Source: a virus. From it: a stretch of DNA of 64,000 nt. The notes under the pieces are model-generated. The model was not told the origin of the DNA. It saw only the letters and a list, made by a program, of their open reading frames with translations, and made no database searches. The stretch covers positions 1-64,000 of the IMG/VR virus record IMGVR_UViG_3300035183_001040; one strand, given 5' to 3'. The translations under genes and the position numbers were made by a program. This document shows positions 36,193 through 46,459 of this stretch, piece by piece. Each line of letters begins with the position of its first letter. Within the stretch, counting starts at the first letter, position 1.

Positions 36193-36894
36193 CTACGTCC
36201 CCTTCGCCTTTGTCGTTGCGATCGTTGCAAGCTGCGCCTGGATTGCCTGCTGCAGCACGGTAAGCGAAGATATCTTCGCGGCAGCATACTGAGCGTAGGT
36301 TGCCTGCGTGAGGTTATTGCTGATATCGGTAGAGATTTCGGTAAGCCACGCCGTAAGGATTGCTAGAAGCTCCTGCGCGTGCACGAGAGGGCGCGCGGTT
36401 TGGTCGCCCACCTTCACGTCCGAAGCCGTGACCTCGACGGAGGCCCCGCCGGCGTCGATTTGCACCTTACCCCCGCCGGAGACGACGATGCGGCAGGTCT
36501 TCCCAGGCTCGACAACAAGTACCACGTCGGATGTGGGTTCGTTGCTCCCTCCGTCGAACTCCTTTGCCGGCTTGTCCGCAACACCCCACAGCTTTCGAAC
36601 GATGACGGGGCCGAAGCCGGGTTCGCCGGAAGGCTGCACGACCACAACCGTGTCGCCCTTCTTGAGAGGCGCGAAGAGCCCGAAGCCGCTGCCAGCGTAC
36701 TCCGTGCCGACAAGGCACGTCTCCTCCTCGCCCGAGGGCATATAGACGACGTCGGCGAAGATGCCGTGGTCGGGGTCGAAGCCGAGCTCCTTGACCACGG
36801 CGAGCGTGCACCAGACGCGCGAGTCGACGTCCGGACGGCGCACGGCTGAAGACAGCCTTGCCACATCGATGCTTCTTCGAACCTTGCCTGCCAC
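36193..36894 (-). CDS. Baseplate spike (gpV-like OB fold)
   Basis: YAGSGFGLFAPLKKGDTVVV...GEP..GPVI. Confidence 0.75.
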   Translation of the reverse strand: MAGKVRRSIDVARLSSAVRRPDVDSRVWCTLAVVKELGFDPDHGIFADVVYMPSGEEETCLVGTEYAGSGFGLFAPLKKGDTVVVVQPSGEPGFGPVIVRKLWGVADKPAKEFDGGSNEPTSDVVLVVEPGKTCRIVVSGGGKVQIDAGGASVEVTASDVKVGDQTARPLVHAQELLAILTAWLTEISTDISNNLTQATYAQYAAAKISSLTVLQQAIQAQLATIATTKAKGT

Positions 36895-38693
36895 TACAAC
36901 GCCTCCCTCCGCGGAACAGGTCGAGTTTTCACCTCGCCAGGAGTCGTCGAAACATCGTCCACCTGCGAGCGCGCGATGACGTAGTTCTGATAGTCGAAGT
37001 CGATGCGCAAGCCTCTCTCTCCCCAGTCGTACCGAACGTTCGCAACGCGAAAGAATCGCTGAAGCTCGACCACGTTGCCGCGCGTTGACGCAACAAGAAC
37101 CCGTGCGAGGTTCTCGTCGCCGAGCGTTCTGGTGATTCGCCTCACCTGCTCCTCGAAGCTGTTTCGTTCGCTGTCGATGAGCGCGGAGACGAGCGGGGAA
37201 GCCGCGGTCAGGTTGCGCGTGTCGATGAGGAACTCAACCCCGTCACCTGGTCGCAACCGAACGAGGTCAGGATCTGCATTGTTGCCGCCGAAGCTCGCCA
37301 GGTTAGGTGTGGATGCCGAGCCGCCCACTTCTCCTCGGCCGATTTCCTCGTAGATTGCGTGTGCAATCTGGGTAAGCCGCTCAGGGTCCGTGACTCCTGA
37401 AGGCGCGGGCAGGATGAGCACCTGCTCGCTCGAACTTCGGGCACCCGGTCCAACGAAGGTCTTTCGGGCGGCCTTCGCCTTGTCGCTGACGGCGGCGTCG
37501 GGAGGCCATTCCGCGACGATGAGCTGCCCGAGCCCATCGTCCTTGTCTGCGCCGTCGGGGTCGACCGCGACGAGGCGCACGACGCGAGGGCGCTGGAAAC
37601 CTGTGTACTTTCGGTCGAAGCTGAGGGACTGCAGATCTCGGCCGTAAACGAGCCTACGCACGCTGAGAGGCGGGTCGATGGGTTCGAGCGCCTGCTGGTC
37701 GAAGGCGCGGGGCGCGCCTCCCTTGAACGGTGTCTTGGTGCCGTCAAACCCTGCACGCTGTTGCGCAAAGATGGCACGGGAAGGACGGATGAGCAGGTCA
37801 TAGCCTCGGAAGAACGGAATGGCACCGACGAGGTAGCAGAACTGGACGATGAGGTCCCAGAAGGACAGGCTGCCCGTCTCGCTCTTCATCGTCATGCGCG
37901 GAGCCGCACGGGTCCCTTTCGCGCCTTGGCGATGTCGAGAGACATGGCGAAGACCCGGCGCTGCCGGAGAGGGCACTTGCGCGTCGGGCCATTCGTCTGG
38001 GTTGACGAGCACTTTGCAATTCTGGAAGGCGTTGCCGGGGTAGAGCGCGAGGATGTTGGCAACGACGACGTCGATGGGCTGGGTGGTGTCGAGCTGGTCC
38101 CAGAACTCGCCGACTTTGACCGGAGCCGATGCGACCTGCATGTCGAGCAGAGCGCCGCGGAGGTCCCTGCCTTTGAGGGAGATCGAACTGCCCTTGTCGT
38201 TGTGCGTCACCTCGGCCTCGTCCACGAGGCCGACCATGACCAGTGTGTCGGGGTTGGGCAGGCCGAGTTCGTTGCGCGTACGAAGAATCGACCGAGTCGA
38301 CCCGTCGAGCGCGTTCGGGTTCGGCACTGCCATTCCTTGCGCGAACTCGACGGCTGAAACCGCGCCGATGTGAATCTCCGCCGACCACGCGCGCGCAACC
38401 TGCGGATTGATCGGGAACTGCAGAAAGTCCATCTCGATGGTGAACGTGCCGGCCTGCCTGTACCCGGGGAGTTCGACCGTGCACCTCTTCGGCACGCGGT
38501 TGAAGATTTTGCTCGCGCCCTCAAGGCCTGGTTGCAGGATGAGCGGCTCGGTGTAAGGGGGTTGCGGAACGACGGCCCCTTCCACCTGTTTGTCCACGGT
38601 GCCTGCTTCGGGAGGAGGCGTTGCGGTAACGTGCAGCGTCTCGTCGAAGAGCAGGGTGAAGTTCACTACGCAGCTCGGGTAGTAGGTGGCCAT
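36894..38693 (-). CDS. Baseplate hub protein
   Basis: Position; GLVDE...ISLKGRDLRGALLD, FRVANVRYDW. Confidence 0.65.
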   Translation of the reverse strand: MATYYPSCVVNFTLLFDETLHVTATPPPEAGTVDKQVEGAVVPQPPYTEPLILQPGLEGASKIFNRVPKRCTVELPGYRQAGTFTIEMDFLQFPINPQVARAWSAEIHIGAVSAVEFAQGMAVPNPNALDGSTRSILRTRNELGLPNPDTLVMVGLVDEAEVTHNDKGSSISLKGRDLRGALLDMQVASAPVKVGEFWDQLDTTQPIDVVVANILALYPGNAFQNCKVLVNPDEWPDAQVPSPAAPGLRHVSRHRQGAKGTRAAPRMTMKSETGSLSFWDLIVQFCYLVGAIPFFRGYDLLIRPSRAIFAQQRAGFDGTKTPFKGGAPRAFDQQALEPIDPPLSVRRLVYGRDLQSLSFDRKYTGFQRPRVVRLVAVDPDGADKDDGLGQLIVAEWPPDAAVSDKAKAARKTFVGPGARSSSEQVLILPAPSGVTDPERLTQIAHAIYEEIGRGEVGGSASTPNLASFGGNNADPDLVRLRPGDGVEFLIDTRNLTAASPLVSALIDSERNSFEEQVRRITRTLGDENLARVLVASTRGNVVELQRFFRVANVRYDWGERGLRIDFDYQNYVIARSQVDDVSTTPGEVKTRPVPRREAL

Positions 38694-38694
38694 C

Positions 38695-39846
38695 CTACGC
38701 TCCTGCTCCTTGCCCAAGGGGCAGTTTCGGCACGAGCACGACTTGGCCTGGTTCGAGTTCGGCCGAGGTCAGGTTGTTGAACCGAAGAAGCGTTCGCCAT
38801 TCGAGCGGCGTGCCGTAGAAGAGGCGCGAGACGTCGCGCAGGTCGTCGCCCTCCTTCGCCGTGTAGACCGCGAGCAGATTGCTCCCGGCCGCCGAGACTT
38901 GGGCAGCGTAGAAGTCGCGCCTCTCCACGGCCTCGTTGCGGAGAGAGCGGGCTGCACGCTTGAGGTCTGAGATGAACATTTCGGCCTGGCGTTTCTGCCC
39001 CGCGCTCATCTGAGCCGGGGTAGGACGGAAGCGCGTTGCAGCTGCGGTCTGCGCTTCGAGCGCGTCGCGGATGTCGTTCAACGCGCCGACCATCCCTTGC
39101 AACGCTGACCATGCCATGTGGACAGCGCTCAGCGGTGTGAGCACCAAGGACACCGCGTTCGTGATTGCTCCTTGCAGTTTGTCGAAGCTGTCGGAGAACT
39201 TCTGGGAAAGTTGAAGGAGTTTGCCGAGTAGGTCGGTGTTCAGGCCGAACGGCGGTTCGCTCAGCAGGTTGTCGAAGTCGTCCTTGAGCCTGCGCATGCG
39301 TGGGAGCGTGCCGGCGAGGGAGTTTTCGACCGTGAACACCCCCGGTGCCGTGCGCTCGCCCTGGCTTGTCCACGCGAACTTGATGCTGTACTCGAGGTCG
39401 TGCGTGTTGTGCCACCTCTGCTCGAACTCCACGAGGTGGCCGTGCCTTGTCACCTCGTCCCAGGTCACTTCCAGGAGTTGGCCTCTGCGCCGGATAGCAT
39501 CGATGGTTTTCGCCGCCTCGCGCGCGGTGCGAATGGGGCGACCGTTGAGCGTGAAGGAGAACACCGGGTCAGCGCCGCTCAAACCCCCTGCGGTATCGGC
39601 AGAGGTGTCGAGGTACTTGTTCTTCCACCACCCCGTGATTTCCGTTGGCTCTTCGCTCGGCCCGAGCACGGTTGCCGTCGCCTCCGCGTACCCCGGAAGC
39701 CATGTGAATTCGACTCGTTGGGTCCCGCGCAGGTGAAAAGGACGGTAGGGAAGAGCGCGACCGCGAAGTTGCACGGTGGATGGGTTGGGGCCAGTCAACT
39801 CCAGTATCTGAAAGGCTGAGACCGTGTTGACTACCGCCGCAGCCAT
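38695..39846 (-). CDS. Tail tube initiator with C-terminal LysM-like domain
   Basis: YTAKEGDDLRDVSRLFYGTPLEWRTLLRFNNL...LEPGQVVLVP. Confidence 0.75.
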   Translation of the reverse strand: MAAAVVNTVSAFQILELTGPNPSTVQLRGRALPYRPFHLRGTQRVEFTWLPGYAEATATVLGPSEEPTEITGWWKNKYLDTSADTAGGLSGADPVFSFTLNGRPIRTAREAAKTIDAIRRRGQLLEVTWDEVTRHGHLVEFEQRWHNTHDLEYSIKFAWTSQGERTAPGVFTVENSLAGTLPRMRRLKDDFDNLLSEPPFGLNTDLLGKLLQLSQKFSDSFDKLQGAITNAVSLVLTPLSAVHMAWSALQGMVGALNDIRDALEAQTAAATRFRPTPAQMSAGQKRQAEMFISDLKRAARSLRNEAVERRDFYAAQVSAAGSNLLAVYTAKEGDDLRDVSRLFYGTPLEWRTLLRFNNLTSAELEPGQVVLVPKLPLGQGAGA

Positions 39847-39852
39847 CGCGCG

Positions 39853-41757
39853 TTACCTGATGCCCATGATCGGCTCGAAGCCGCTCTGAAGCCGCATCTC
39901 CGCGACGCGTGCAAGGTCGTCGGCGAACGCGATCGCGATGCGGTCCGGGTCGAACCCCTCCGCGAACTTCTGCGTGATGTCGAACTTCGACCCGCGAAAG
40001 TCCATGTACGGCTCGCCTGGGCGGATGTCGGGAGCAGTCGCTCGCGGTAAGCTCTCGACGTCGACCACAAGCGGCTTCTTCTCGAACAGCCCGGCGAGCA
40101 GTTTGTTGAATGCCTCAAACCTCCCAGCTTCACCGACCGTTTTTGGTATCTCGAACTTCGGAGCGCCTGGTATCTGCTTCAAGAGCCAGGCGAGAGTTTT
40201 CATGAACAGAGTTACGATCTGGATGAGCCCTTTGAAAACATCGATCAAGAAACCAAGCACCGGTATGGCAACCGTGCTGACGAAGCTGAAGAACGTTCTA
40301 ACTCCGTCGATGAGCACTGGGAACGCGGCAGAAGCGAGTTCGCCAACTGCCTGTAGCATATCGGCAACGATGGTCCCGAAATCGCTTAAGTAAGGCGCAA
40401 GACTGTCAGCTATGACGCTTATAATCTCGACCACGGCGTTGTACATCTGCGAGAGCCCGGCGACGACTGCCGCGCCGGCCTCGAAGAGCGGCGGCATGAC
40501 GGTGCTCAGAAACACACCGAACGCATCGCCTAGTTTCTGAAGGAGGTTCCAAACTGGGTCGATTGTCGAAAGAACAGATTGAATGGTGGACGACAGGCCT
40601 TCAAGCGACTTGCCGACAGCGTCGGTGTTCTGGAGAAACTTGCCGATGCCGATACCGGCAACGGTCGCGATCGCGCCTCCTAGAGATCCCCGCGCAAGGC
40701 CTGTAAGGCCCAGTTTCAACGGAGACTGCTCCTGCATCTCCATCACCGACCCCAGCGCACCCTCCAATCCACGGAAACCTGTCGTCTTGCTGAGCACCGC
40801 AAGCCATCGCGTGAACCCGTCAACCGCGTTCTCAACCCAGTTGCCGATCGTCTTGAGCACCTCAGCGATGTGCGTACTGAAAATTTTCCCCACCTCGACC
40901 GCGATCGATGCTATCTTCGTGAGATTGCCCTCGCTGTCGAACAGAAGTGCGTTGATGTCTCTGAGCGATGCCTTCATCTGCTCGAAGAGCGGAGACGAGG
41001 CGTAGCGGCCAACCAGGCGCGTGTTGGACTGCAACGCACCGACCTGCGACTCCCACGAATTCGAGGCCTGGTCGAGCATCGGTTGCAGTTTTTCCAGCGT
41101 TTTGACGAGCAGCTCCGCGCGCTGCTGTTCGGTCATCTCGTTGAACGACTGGGCGGTGAGGTTGGCATGCCCTTCGACCTGCTTCATGAACGGAAGCAGG
41201 TTCTGGAACGTGCGCGTCGCCTGCCTAGCCAAACCTGCACCCGGTGCGAGCATGCGCTGCAAGTCACGGCCGATCTGCGACGCCCCGATGCCGAACGTGA
41301 TACCGACGGCGGAAATCTTGTTGGAGAAACTGACGAAGTCTCCAACGTTGCCCTTCAGCGCTCGGCTCACGTACGGGAGCCCCATCTTGAAGACTTCGAT
41401 GTAGTCTTCGGCTTCTCCGGGAAGCGCCGCAGAGTCGTGGATGATCTTGTCCATGACCCTGCTCGCGTCCTTCATCCCCGACTCGATGTCCTTGGACATG
41501 CCAAGGCCGGTCATGAAGCCGGCGACTTGAATTTGCGCCTGCTCGGCCTTCGAACCTATCTCGGCAACGACGCTGCCGATGTCGATGGCATGCCCGATGA
41601 CAGACTTGACCACGCCCCCGATCGCGCCGATCGCAGCCTTGAGTTGCCCGATAACTGCCCCTGCGGCTTCGGCTTGGCGCGCCATCTGGCTGACGGGCTG
41701 GGAGAAGCCTTGCGTATCGGCAATGAAGGTTTCCTTGATGGTGTTGTCGGTAGCCAT
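39853..41757 (-). CDS. Tape measure protein
   Basis: 634-aa helical protein with amphipathic repeats, following the chaperones. Confidence 0.85.
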   Translation of the reverse strand: MATDNTIKETFIADTQGFSQPVSQMARQAEAAGAVIGQLKAAIGAIGGVVKSVIGHAIDIGSVVAEIGSKAEQAQIQVAGFMTGLGMSKDIESGMKDASRVMDKIIHDSAALPGEAEDYIEVFKMGLPYVSRALKGNVGDFVSFSNKISAVGITFGIGASQIGRDLQRMLAPGAGLARQATRTFQNLLPFMKQVEGHANLTAQSFNEMTEQQRAELLVKTLEKLQPMLDQASNSWESQVGALQSNTRLVGRYASSPLFEQMKASLRDINALLFDSEGNLTKIASIAVEVGKIFSTHIAEVLKTIGNWVENAVDGFTRWLAVLSKTTGFRGLEGALGSVMEMQEQSPLKLGLTGLARGSLGGAIATVAGIGIGKFLQNTDAVGKSLEGLSSTIQSVLSTIDPVWNLLQKLGDAFGVFLSTVMPPLFEAGAAVVAGLSQMYNAVVEIISVIADSLAPYLSDFGTIVADMLQAVGELASAAFPVLIDGVRTFFSFVSTVAIPVLGFLIDVFKGLIQIVTLFMKTLAWLLKQIPGAPKFEIPKTVGEAGRFEAFNKLLAGLFEKKPLVVDVESLPRATAPDIRPGEPYMDFRGSKFDITQKFAEGFDPDRIAIAFADDLARVAEMRLQSGFEPIMGIR

Positions 41758-41761
41758 GGTT

Positions 41762-41965
41762 TCAATCCCGCTCGTACCGAGCGCGCATCGCCTCGCCTTC
41801 TTCCCGAATCAACTCTCCGACCTCTGCTGCGAGCGCAACGAGCTCTCGAACAGTCAGCTTGAGCATTTCGGTTGCGCTCTGGTGCCCATAGCGCCCGAGG
41901 AACGCGAGCAGTTTGTAAAGCTGCACTTCGCGCGGCGGCTTCTGCCGACCGAGCGCGCAGGCCAT
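41762..41965 (-). CDS. Tail assembly chaperone, frameshift extension (gpT-like)
   Basis: In the -1 frame of the upstream chaperone and open from the slippery site. Confidence 0.75.
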   Translation of the reverse strand: MACALGRQKPPREVQLYKLLAFLGRYGHQSATEMLKLTVRELVALAAEVGELIREEGEAMRARYERD

Positions 41966-41976
41966 CGCCGCCAGGC

Positions 41977-42393
41977 TCAGCCCGCCCGCACCTGGCGGCT
42001 CTGGAGAAAACCCTCAGCGGCGCCCTCGGGCGGGTTGTGGATCTGCGCGTACGCCTGAAGGACCAAGGAGCGGATTTTTGCAGGCATGCGATTCCACGCC
42101 GCATCCACGCTCCCGTCGGCGAGCGAGACGCGCTTGCCGTCGATTTCGCGCAGCGACTCCTTGACCAGTTCTCCGGCAAGGCGGAACTGGTCGCCTCGCG
42201 CTCGCTTGATCGCCATCTGCTCCTCCTCCGCCGTCAACTCCACCAGCCCCACGGAGGAGATTCCGAGCGAGGCGAGCTCCGAGGGAACGGTGTAGGTGTA
42301 GACGACGCGCTCGCGCCGGATTGCTTGGATGTCGGCCACGGACCGAACATGCTGCGGCGCGGTGCCATCTTGTTGCTGCATGAAAACCTCCAT
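41977..42393 (-). CDS. Tail assembly chaperone (gpG-like)
   Basis: Between tube and tape measure; ends EGF at G GGT TTT. Confidence 0.8.
   Translation of the reverse strand: MEVFMQQQDGTAPQHVRSVADIQAIRRERVVYTYTVPSELASLGISSVGLVELTAEEEQMAIKRARGDQFRLAGELVKESLREIDGKRVSLADGSVDAAWNRMPAKIRSLVLQAYAQIHNPPEGAAEGFLQSRQVRAG
42007..42013 (-). other. Programmed -1 frameshift heptamer GGGTTTT
   Basis: XXXYYYZ in frame; 9-bp stem GCCGCCAGG/CCTGGCGGC (41967-41999) starts 7 nt downstream. Confidence 0.8.
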
Positions 42394-42413
42394 CTGCGTT
42401 GCTCCTTCGTGGG

Positions 42414-42845
42414 TCAGAAGATCACCTGCGCCTCGGACGCCTCGTACTCCAGCGTCACGGTGCCGTAGTCGGAGCGAGAGCCGAAGTTGATCGGCACCTC
42501 ACCAAACTCGACGTTGGGGATGAGCACGCGGGGCCTGTCGCCGTTGGGGAAGTTGAGCGTGGTCTTGATATTGACCTTCGTTCCTGCCTCTCGCCGGCGG
42601 GCCTTGTCGACGAGCGCCTTGATGAGGTCGAAGATGTCCTCGTTTTCGATGTGCAACTCCATCCGCCCGCGGATGCCTCGAAAAATCGAGTCGCGCCTGT
42701 CGGTCGTTTCGCCGAGGTAGCCTTCGCGCAGGATTTCGAGCTGGAAGGCGAACTCGTGGCTGCGGATGTCGGTGATGGTGTCCTGGGGCGTTCCGTTCAG
42801 GACGATGATGGCTTCGGTTTCCTGCCCTTTGATTCTCTGTGACAC
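42414..42845 (-). CDS. Tail tube protein
   Basis: 143-aa beta-rich protein after sheath; GGAGG RBS, GTG start. Confidence 0.75.
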   Translation of the reverse strand: MSQRIKGQETEAIIVLNGTPQDTITDIRSHEFAFQLEILREGYLGETTDRRDSIFRGIRGRMELHIENEDIFDLIKALVDKARRREAGTKVNIKTTLNFPNGDRPRVLIPNVEFGEVPINFGSRSDYGTVTLEYEASEAQVIF

Positions 42846-42859
42846 GGCTTCGGACCTCC

Positions 42860-43116
42860 TTCGACTGGCTGCTCCTGGCTGGAAAAGGCGAAAGGCCCGC
42901 GAAGACCTTTTCGGGGTCTGCTCGCGGGCCCTATCTCCCGCGCAGCGGCGAACTGCGCGGGATGAAGCTCGGCGCCTGGCGCGCTGGTGCGCCCCAAGCT
43001 AACCGCACCGGAAGAAGCCCGAAAGTCGGGGAGGGGATGCCAGGCTCCGGACTCCCCCCGTGCGCGGCTACACGAATGATGCCGCAGACGCCGAAAGCCG
43101 TCAAGCAGGCGCGCGG
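42860..43116 (-). ncRNA. Structured non-coding region between sheath and tube genes
   Basis: Several stems (e.g. TCCCGCGCAG/CTGCGCGGGA, GGCCCGCGA/TCGCGGGCC); mismatches resolve as G-U on the minus strand. Confidence 0.5.
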
Positions 43117-45183
43117 CTACTGCTGCCGGCTGACGTTGAGCACGCCCTCGCCGATCTCCGCCTGCAGCACGATGAAGTCCGCCGTCGCGAGGGTTCGGAC
43201 GCGCACGATGAGCACGAAGATGCCCTTCGCTTCGAGCTCCTTCGTGTTGCCGCTCTTGTCGTCGACCTGGAAGTCAACGATGCGCTGAGCGGGCGGGTTG
43301 TTGGGCGAAAGCAGCTCGTTGAGGAACGCCACCGTTTCGCCCACCATCTGGTCTTTGAGCGCTGCGGTGAGGGGCAGTTTGGAGAACTGCACGAGGCGCT
43401 CGGCAAGACTGTCCTCGATGAAGTCCGCCATGCGCCTGCGGTTGATGTTCTTTTGGCCGGAAATCAGGCTCGTCGTGACGCCGGACTGGAAGATGGGACC
43501 GGCGGTTCGGTCGAACCGGACCGCGACCACGCCCTTGTCTCGAAGCTGGATGTACTCGCCGATGCCGAGGGCGCTCGGAGCAAGGCCGCGCTGCATGCCG
43601 AGCACTGGCGCCATGACTTCCGGCACCGGAGGGCCTGCCTGGCCCGGATTGCGCTCCGGAGGCAAGTTGGACATGACGCTCGCGAGCCAGAAGTCGGTCG
43701 AGTCGTCGAGAATTCCGTCGATCGTGGTGTTGACGTCTGCGGTCTTGAGCCGGAAGTTCACCGCCTCCGGAACGAACATCTTGACGCCCGGCCAAGCGTA
43801 GTCGACGCGCTCGCTTCGGTTCGCGCCTACGCCGGGGTCGGTGTCGCCGAGCACGGTGGTGAGCAAAACGGTGCCGAGGTCGGGCGAGAGCACAGCACTG
43901 CGCCCGATTCCTTGCGACGACGCGGTTTCGACGTGCGACTTGAGCTTGCTACGAATCACCGCGCTCTTGCGCGCCGCGACGAGGATGTTGACGGAACGCG
44001 CCGGGTCTGCGTCGGCGAGGAGGGCGTCGATGGCGGTGGCGTAGAGCGCGTCGATGCCTGCTGACGCCGGAGCGTTGATGCCTTGCACGGCGGCGGTGAA
44101 CTGGATGCCGCCACCTCCACCCGGCATGAGCCTGCCACCGAGCCCGCTCAGCACGTCCCAGGATGAGCCTGTTGTTGCGGGCGGGACCTCGCGCGGAGTG
44201 AGTTGCGTGCCTGCGGCCCAGGCTCCGCTGGTGTTTCCGCCGGTTGCGTTGGTGAGAGGACGAGAGGGAATCGTGTAGCCACCCACGTCCGCCGCGCCGT
44301 AGCCGCCGGGGGTCGAAGCGCCCGGGACGAGCACGGGAGCGCTGTCGGCGTCGCTCGCGAAGTGTAGGCGCCAGGGAACGTTGGCCGCGCCGGCGAAGGG
44401 AAAGTTTGCGCCGTTGAGCGCCTCGACCGTGATCGACGCGCCCGGAGCCGGGTCGGAAGCGACGCGGTAGGTGCCGGCGTCCGTGGACTTGGCGCCGGCG
44501 TTGTTGAAGCCGAGCACGAGGATGTCACCCTTGTGCGCGCCGAGGGTACCGTCAGGGCGTACGATGGTGGTCCAGTCGAAGCCGCCCGCTGCGTTGAACG
44601 TCTGCGTCGCTGCAGGAGCGCCCGCAACCGTCGCGCCGCCTGTCCCCGTGGCGATCGGCGAAAGCGCCGTGAAGACGACTCGCTTTGCCACGCGCAGTCG
44701 CGCAGGGCCGGAAAGAAACTCTCGGCCTGCCGCAATCGTGCCAGACTGGACAGGCACGACAGGCAAGGTGTTGGTCTGCGAAAGGCAGAGGGGGAGGTCG
44801 CGGAAGTACCGCACGCCCTTTGCGCTCGCGAGGTTGACGGGAACGCAGACGAGACGCGAAAAGCGCTTGTTTCGCAAGGCGACGAAGCCGTTGCCAAGAC
44901 TGCCGCCGAACTCGCCAATCGTCTCGTCGAAGCCGCCGAGCTTCTGAATGAGGTCGGCCCCTGAGAAGATTTCGACCGACTGAGGGTTGGTTGTGACATT
45001 GCCCGAGTCGTCGACAGAGGTCGCAAACGACATGTCCGCGAACTCTCCGACTACGCCCACGGTCCCGACCGATACCCCACGAACCGCGCCCGGGGGCGGC
45101 AGGTCGACGATGACCACGCCTTCGATTTGCGTGATCTGCTCGGTGCCTGGGAAGTACCCGAACCTGCGAATGAAGCCTGCCAC
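43117..45183 (-). CDS. Tail sheath protein
   Basis: GVVIVDL, GVVGEF, YAWP, INRRRMADFI, FQVD..SGNT, ADFIVL. Confidence 0.9.
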   Translation of the reverse strand: MAGFIRRFGYFPGTEQITQIEGVVIVDLPPPGAVRGVSVGTVGVVGEFADMSFATSVDDSGNVTTNPQSVEIFSGADLIQKLGGFDETIGEFGGSLGNGFVALRNKRFSRLVCVPVNLASAKGVRYFRDLPLCLSQTNTLPVVPVQSGTIAAGREFLSGPARLRVAKRVVFTALSPIATGTGGATVAGAPAATQTFNAAGGFDWTTIVRPDGTLGAHKGDILVLGFNNAGAKSTDAGTYRVASDPAPGASITVEALNGANFPFAGAANVPWRLHFASDADSAPVLVPGASTPGGYGAADVGGYTIPSRPLTNATGGNTSGAWAAGTQLTPREVPPATTGSSWDVLSGLGGRLMPGGGGGIQFTAAVQGINAPASAGIDALYATAIDALLADADPARSVNILVAARKSAVIRSKLKSHVETASSQGIGRSAVLSPDLGTVLLTTVLGDTDPGVGANRSERVDYAWPGVKMFVPEAVNFRLKTADVNTTIDGILDDSTDFWLASVMSNLPPERNPGQAGPPVPEVMAPVLGMQRGLAPSALGIGEYIQLRDKGVVAVRFDRTAGPIFQSGVTTSLISGQKNINRRRMADFIEDSLAERLVQFSKLPLTAALKDQMVGETVAFLNELLSPNNPPAQRIVDFQVDDKSGNTKELEAKGIFVLIVRVRTLATADFIVLQAEIGEGVLNVSRQQ

Positions 45184-45230
45184 GTTTCTGCCTCCGTACT
45201 CTCTTACGTCACCTTACCGCAAATCATCGC

Positions 45231-45938
45231 CTACGTCTTGCTGAACACGCCGCCGACTTCTCCGCCTTCCAGAACGAGGTCAATGCGGGGGCGAGCGTTG
45301 GGAATTGGAGTGCTCAGCCGAACCTGCGCCACCTTACCATTCACCGTGAACCTCGCAACGCGCCAGCGCTGCTTCGCGTTGCTCTCGAAATCCTGGTACG
45401 CCATGTCCTTCTTCTCGTACGTGGCTCGGATGTTGTGGTAGTGCGGCAGTTCGAGCCTGAAGCCGACCATGAAATCGACCGGGTCGAAGGCGTCTTCGCA
45501 CATCGCGACCAAAGCCATGCGCTCCTTCGGGTCCGTGCACCAAATCTCCACGGTGATATCGAGCACGTACTCGGCCACGAACAGCAGGACGCGGTCGGAG
45601 GCGGGGCCTGAGGCGCGCGCCGTGCTGACACGGGCAACGCGCGGCGCCATCACGGTCCAGTCGTAGTCGCCCTCACCCACGGCGTACACGGTTGCGGAAG
45701 GGTACACGGCAGGCTCGACCGGTTCGGCCCAGGTCTCCTTCACCTCGCGAAAGCGCAGCTGACGGCCGCCCGGCATCTCAATCGAGAGTTGTTCGAGGTA
45801 CTCCTTCAGCCCGCGTGTGAGAGCGGTGCGACAGTCGGTCTCGCGGTTGACGGACAGAACCTGCCTGTCGTCGGGGTCGGTAATGAGGCGGGTCGGCCGA
45901 GCGGGGGGCAGGGGCGCGACAGCGGATTGCATCGTCAT
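45231..45938 (-). CDS. Tail terminator/completion protein
   Basis: Position before sheath; YPSATV, ITVEIWC. Confidence 0.6.
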   Translation of the reverse strand: MTMQSAVAPLPPARPTRLITDPDDRQVLSVNRETDCRTALTRGLKEYLEQLSIEMPGGRQLRFREVKETWAEPVEPAVYPSATVYAVGEGDYDWTVMAPRVARVSTARASGPASDRVLLFVAEYVLDITVEIWCTDPKERMALVAMCEDAFDPVDFMVGFRLELPHYHNIRATYEKKDMAYQDFESNAKQRWRVARFTVNGKVAQVRLSTPIPNARPRIDLVLEGGEVGGVFSKT

Positions 45939-46459
45939 GGGCGCTCCAGAGCCTCGTCCAGTTCCTCCGCAACCCTGTCAAGGAAGATCGGCACAAGGAC
46001 GTCCTGCACGAAGTCCTGGTCGGTGAGCACGGGGCGAGGCGCAATCCCTCTGCGCCCGATGGCACGTGCGATCAAGAACGCCACAGCCCTGTACGGGTCA
46101 GAGCCGCGTCTGCTGCGCGTTTGCCCGTCGAGCTGAATGTGACGGCGGACCCAAGGCAAAATCGCATCGACCGGAGGCGGGCGCGCGCCGGGGCGACGGC
46201 CACGTTCGACAAAGACCGTATGCCGAGCCCTGTTGTAGACCAGTACGGTGTTCCAGTTTTTCTGCTGCGCCTTCCATCCTGCGTGCATGCGGCCGAGGTC
46301 CCAGATGGGAATCTCCGCTGTTCGACGCTGCAGTTCCCTCACCGCCTCCTTGCCAGCTCGCGCCATGCCTTTGCGCACGGCGGCGCGCATCTTCGCGCCG
46401 CCTAGGCGACGGTGGTACTCGACCCAATCGCGAACCTGCATGTGGACGGGCATGGGCAC
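45935..46459 (-). CDS. HK97 gp10-like neck protein
   Basis: PIWDLGRMHAGW, FVERGRRPG..PP, IARAIGRRGIAPRP. Confidence 0.75.
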   Translation of the reverse strand: MPMPVHMQVRDWVEYHRRLGGAKMRAAVRKGMARAGKEAVRELQRRTAEIPIWDLGRMHAGWKAQQKNWNTVLVYNRARHTVFVERGRRPGARPPPVDAILPWVRRHIQLDGQTRSRRGSDPYRAVAFLIARAIGRRGIAPRPVLTDQDFVQDVLVPIFLDRVAEELDEALERP

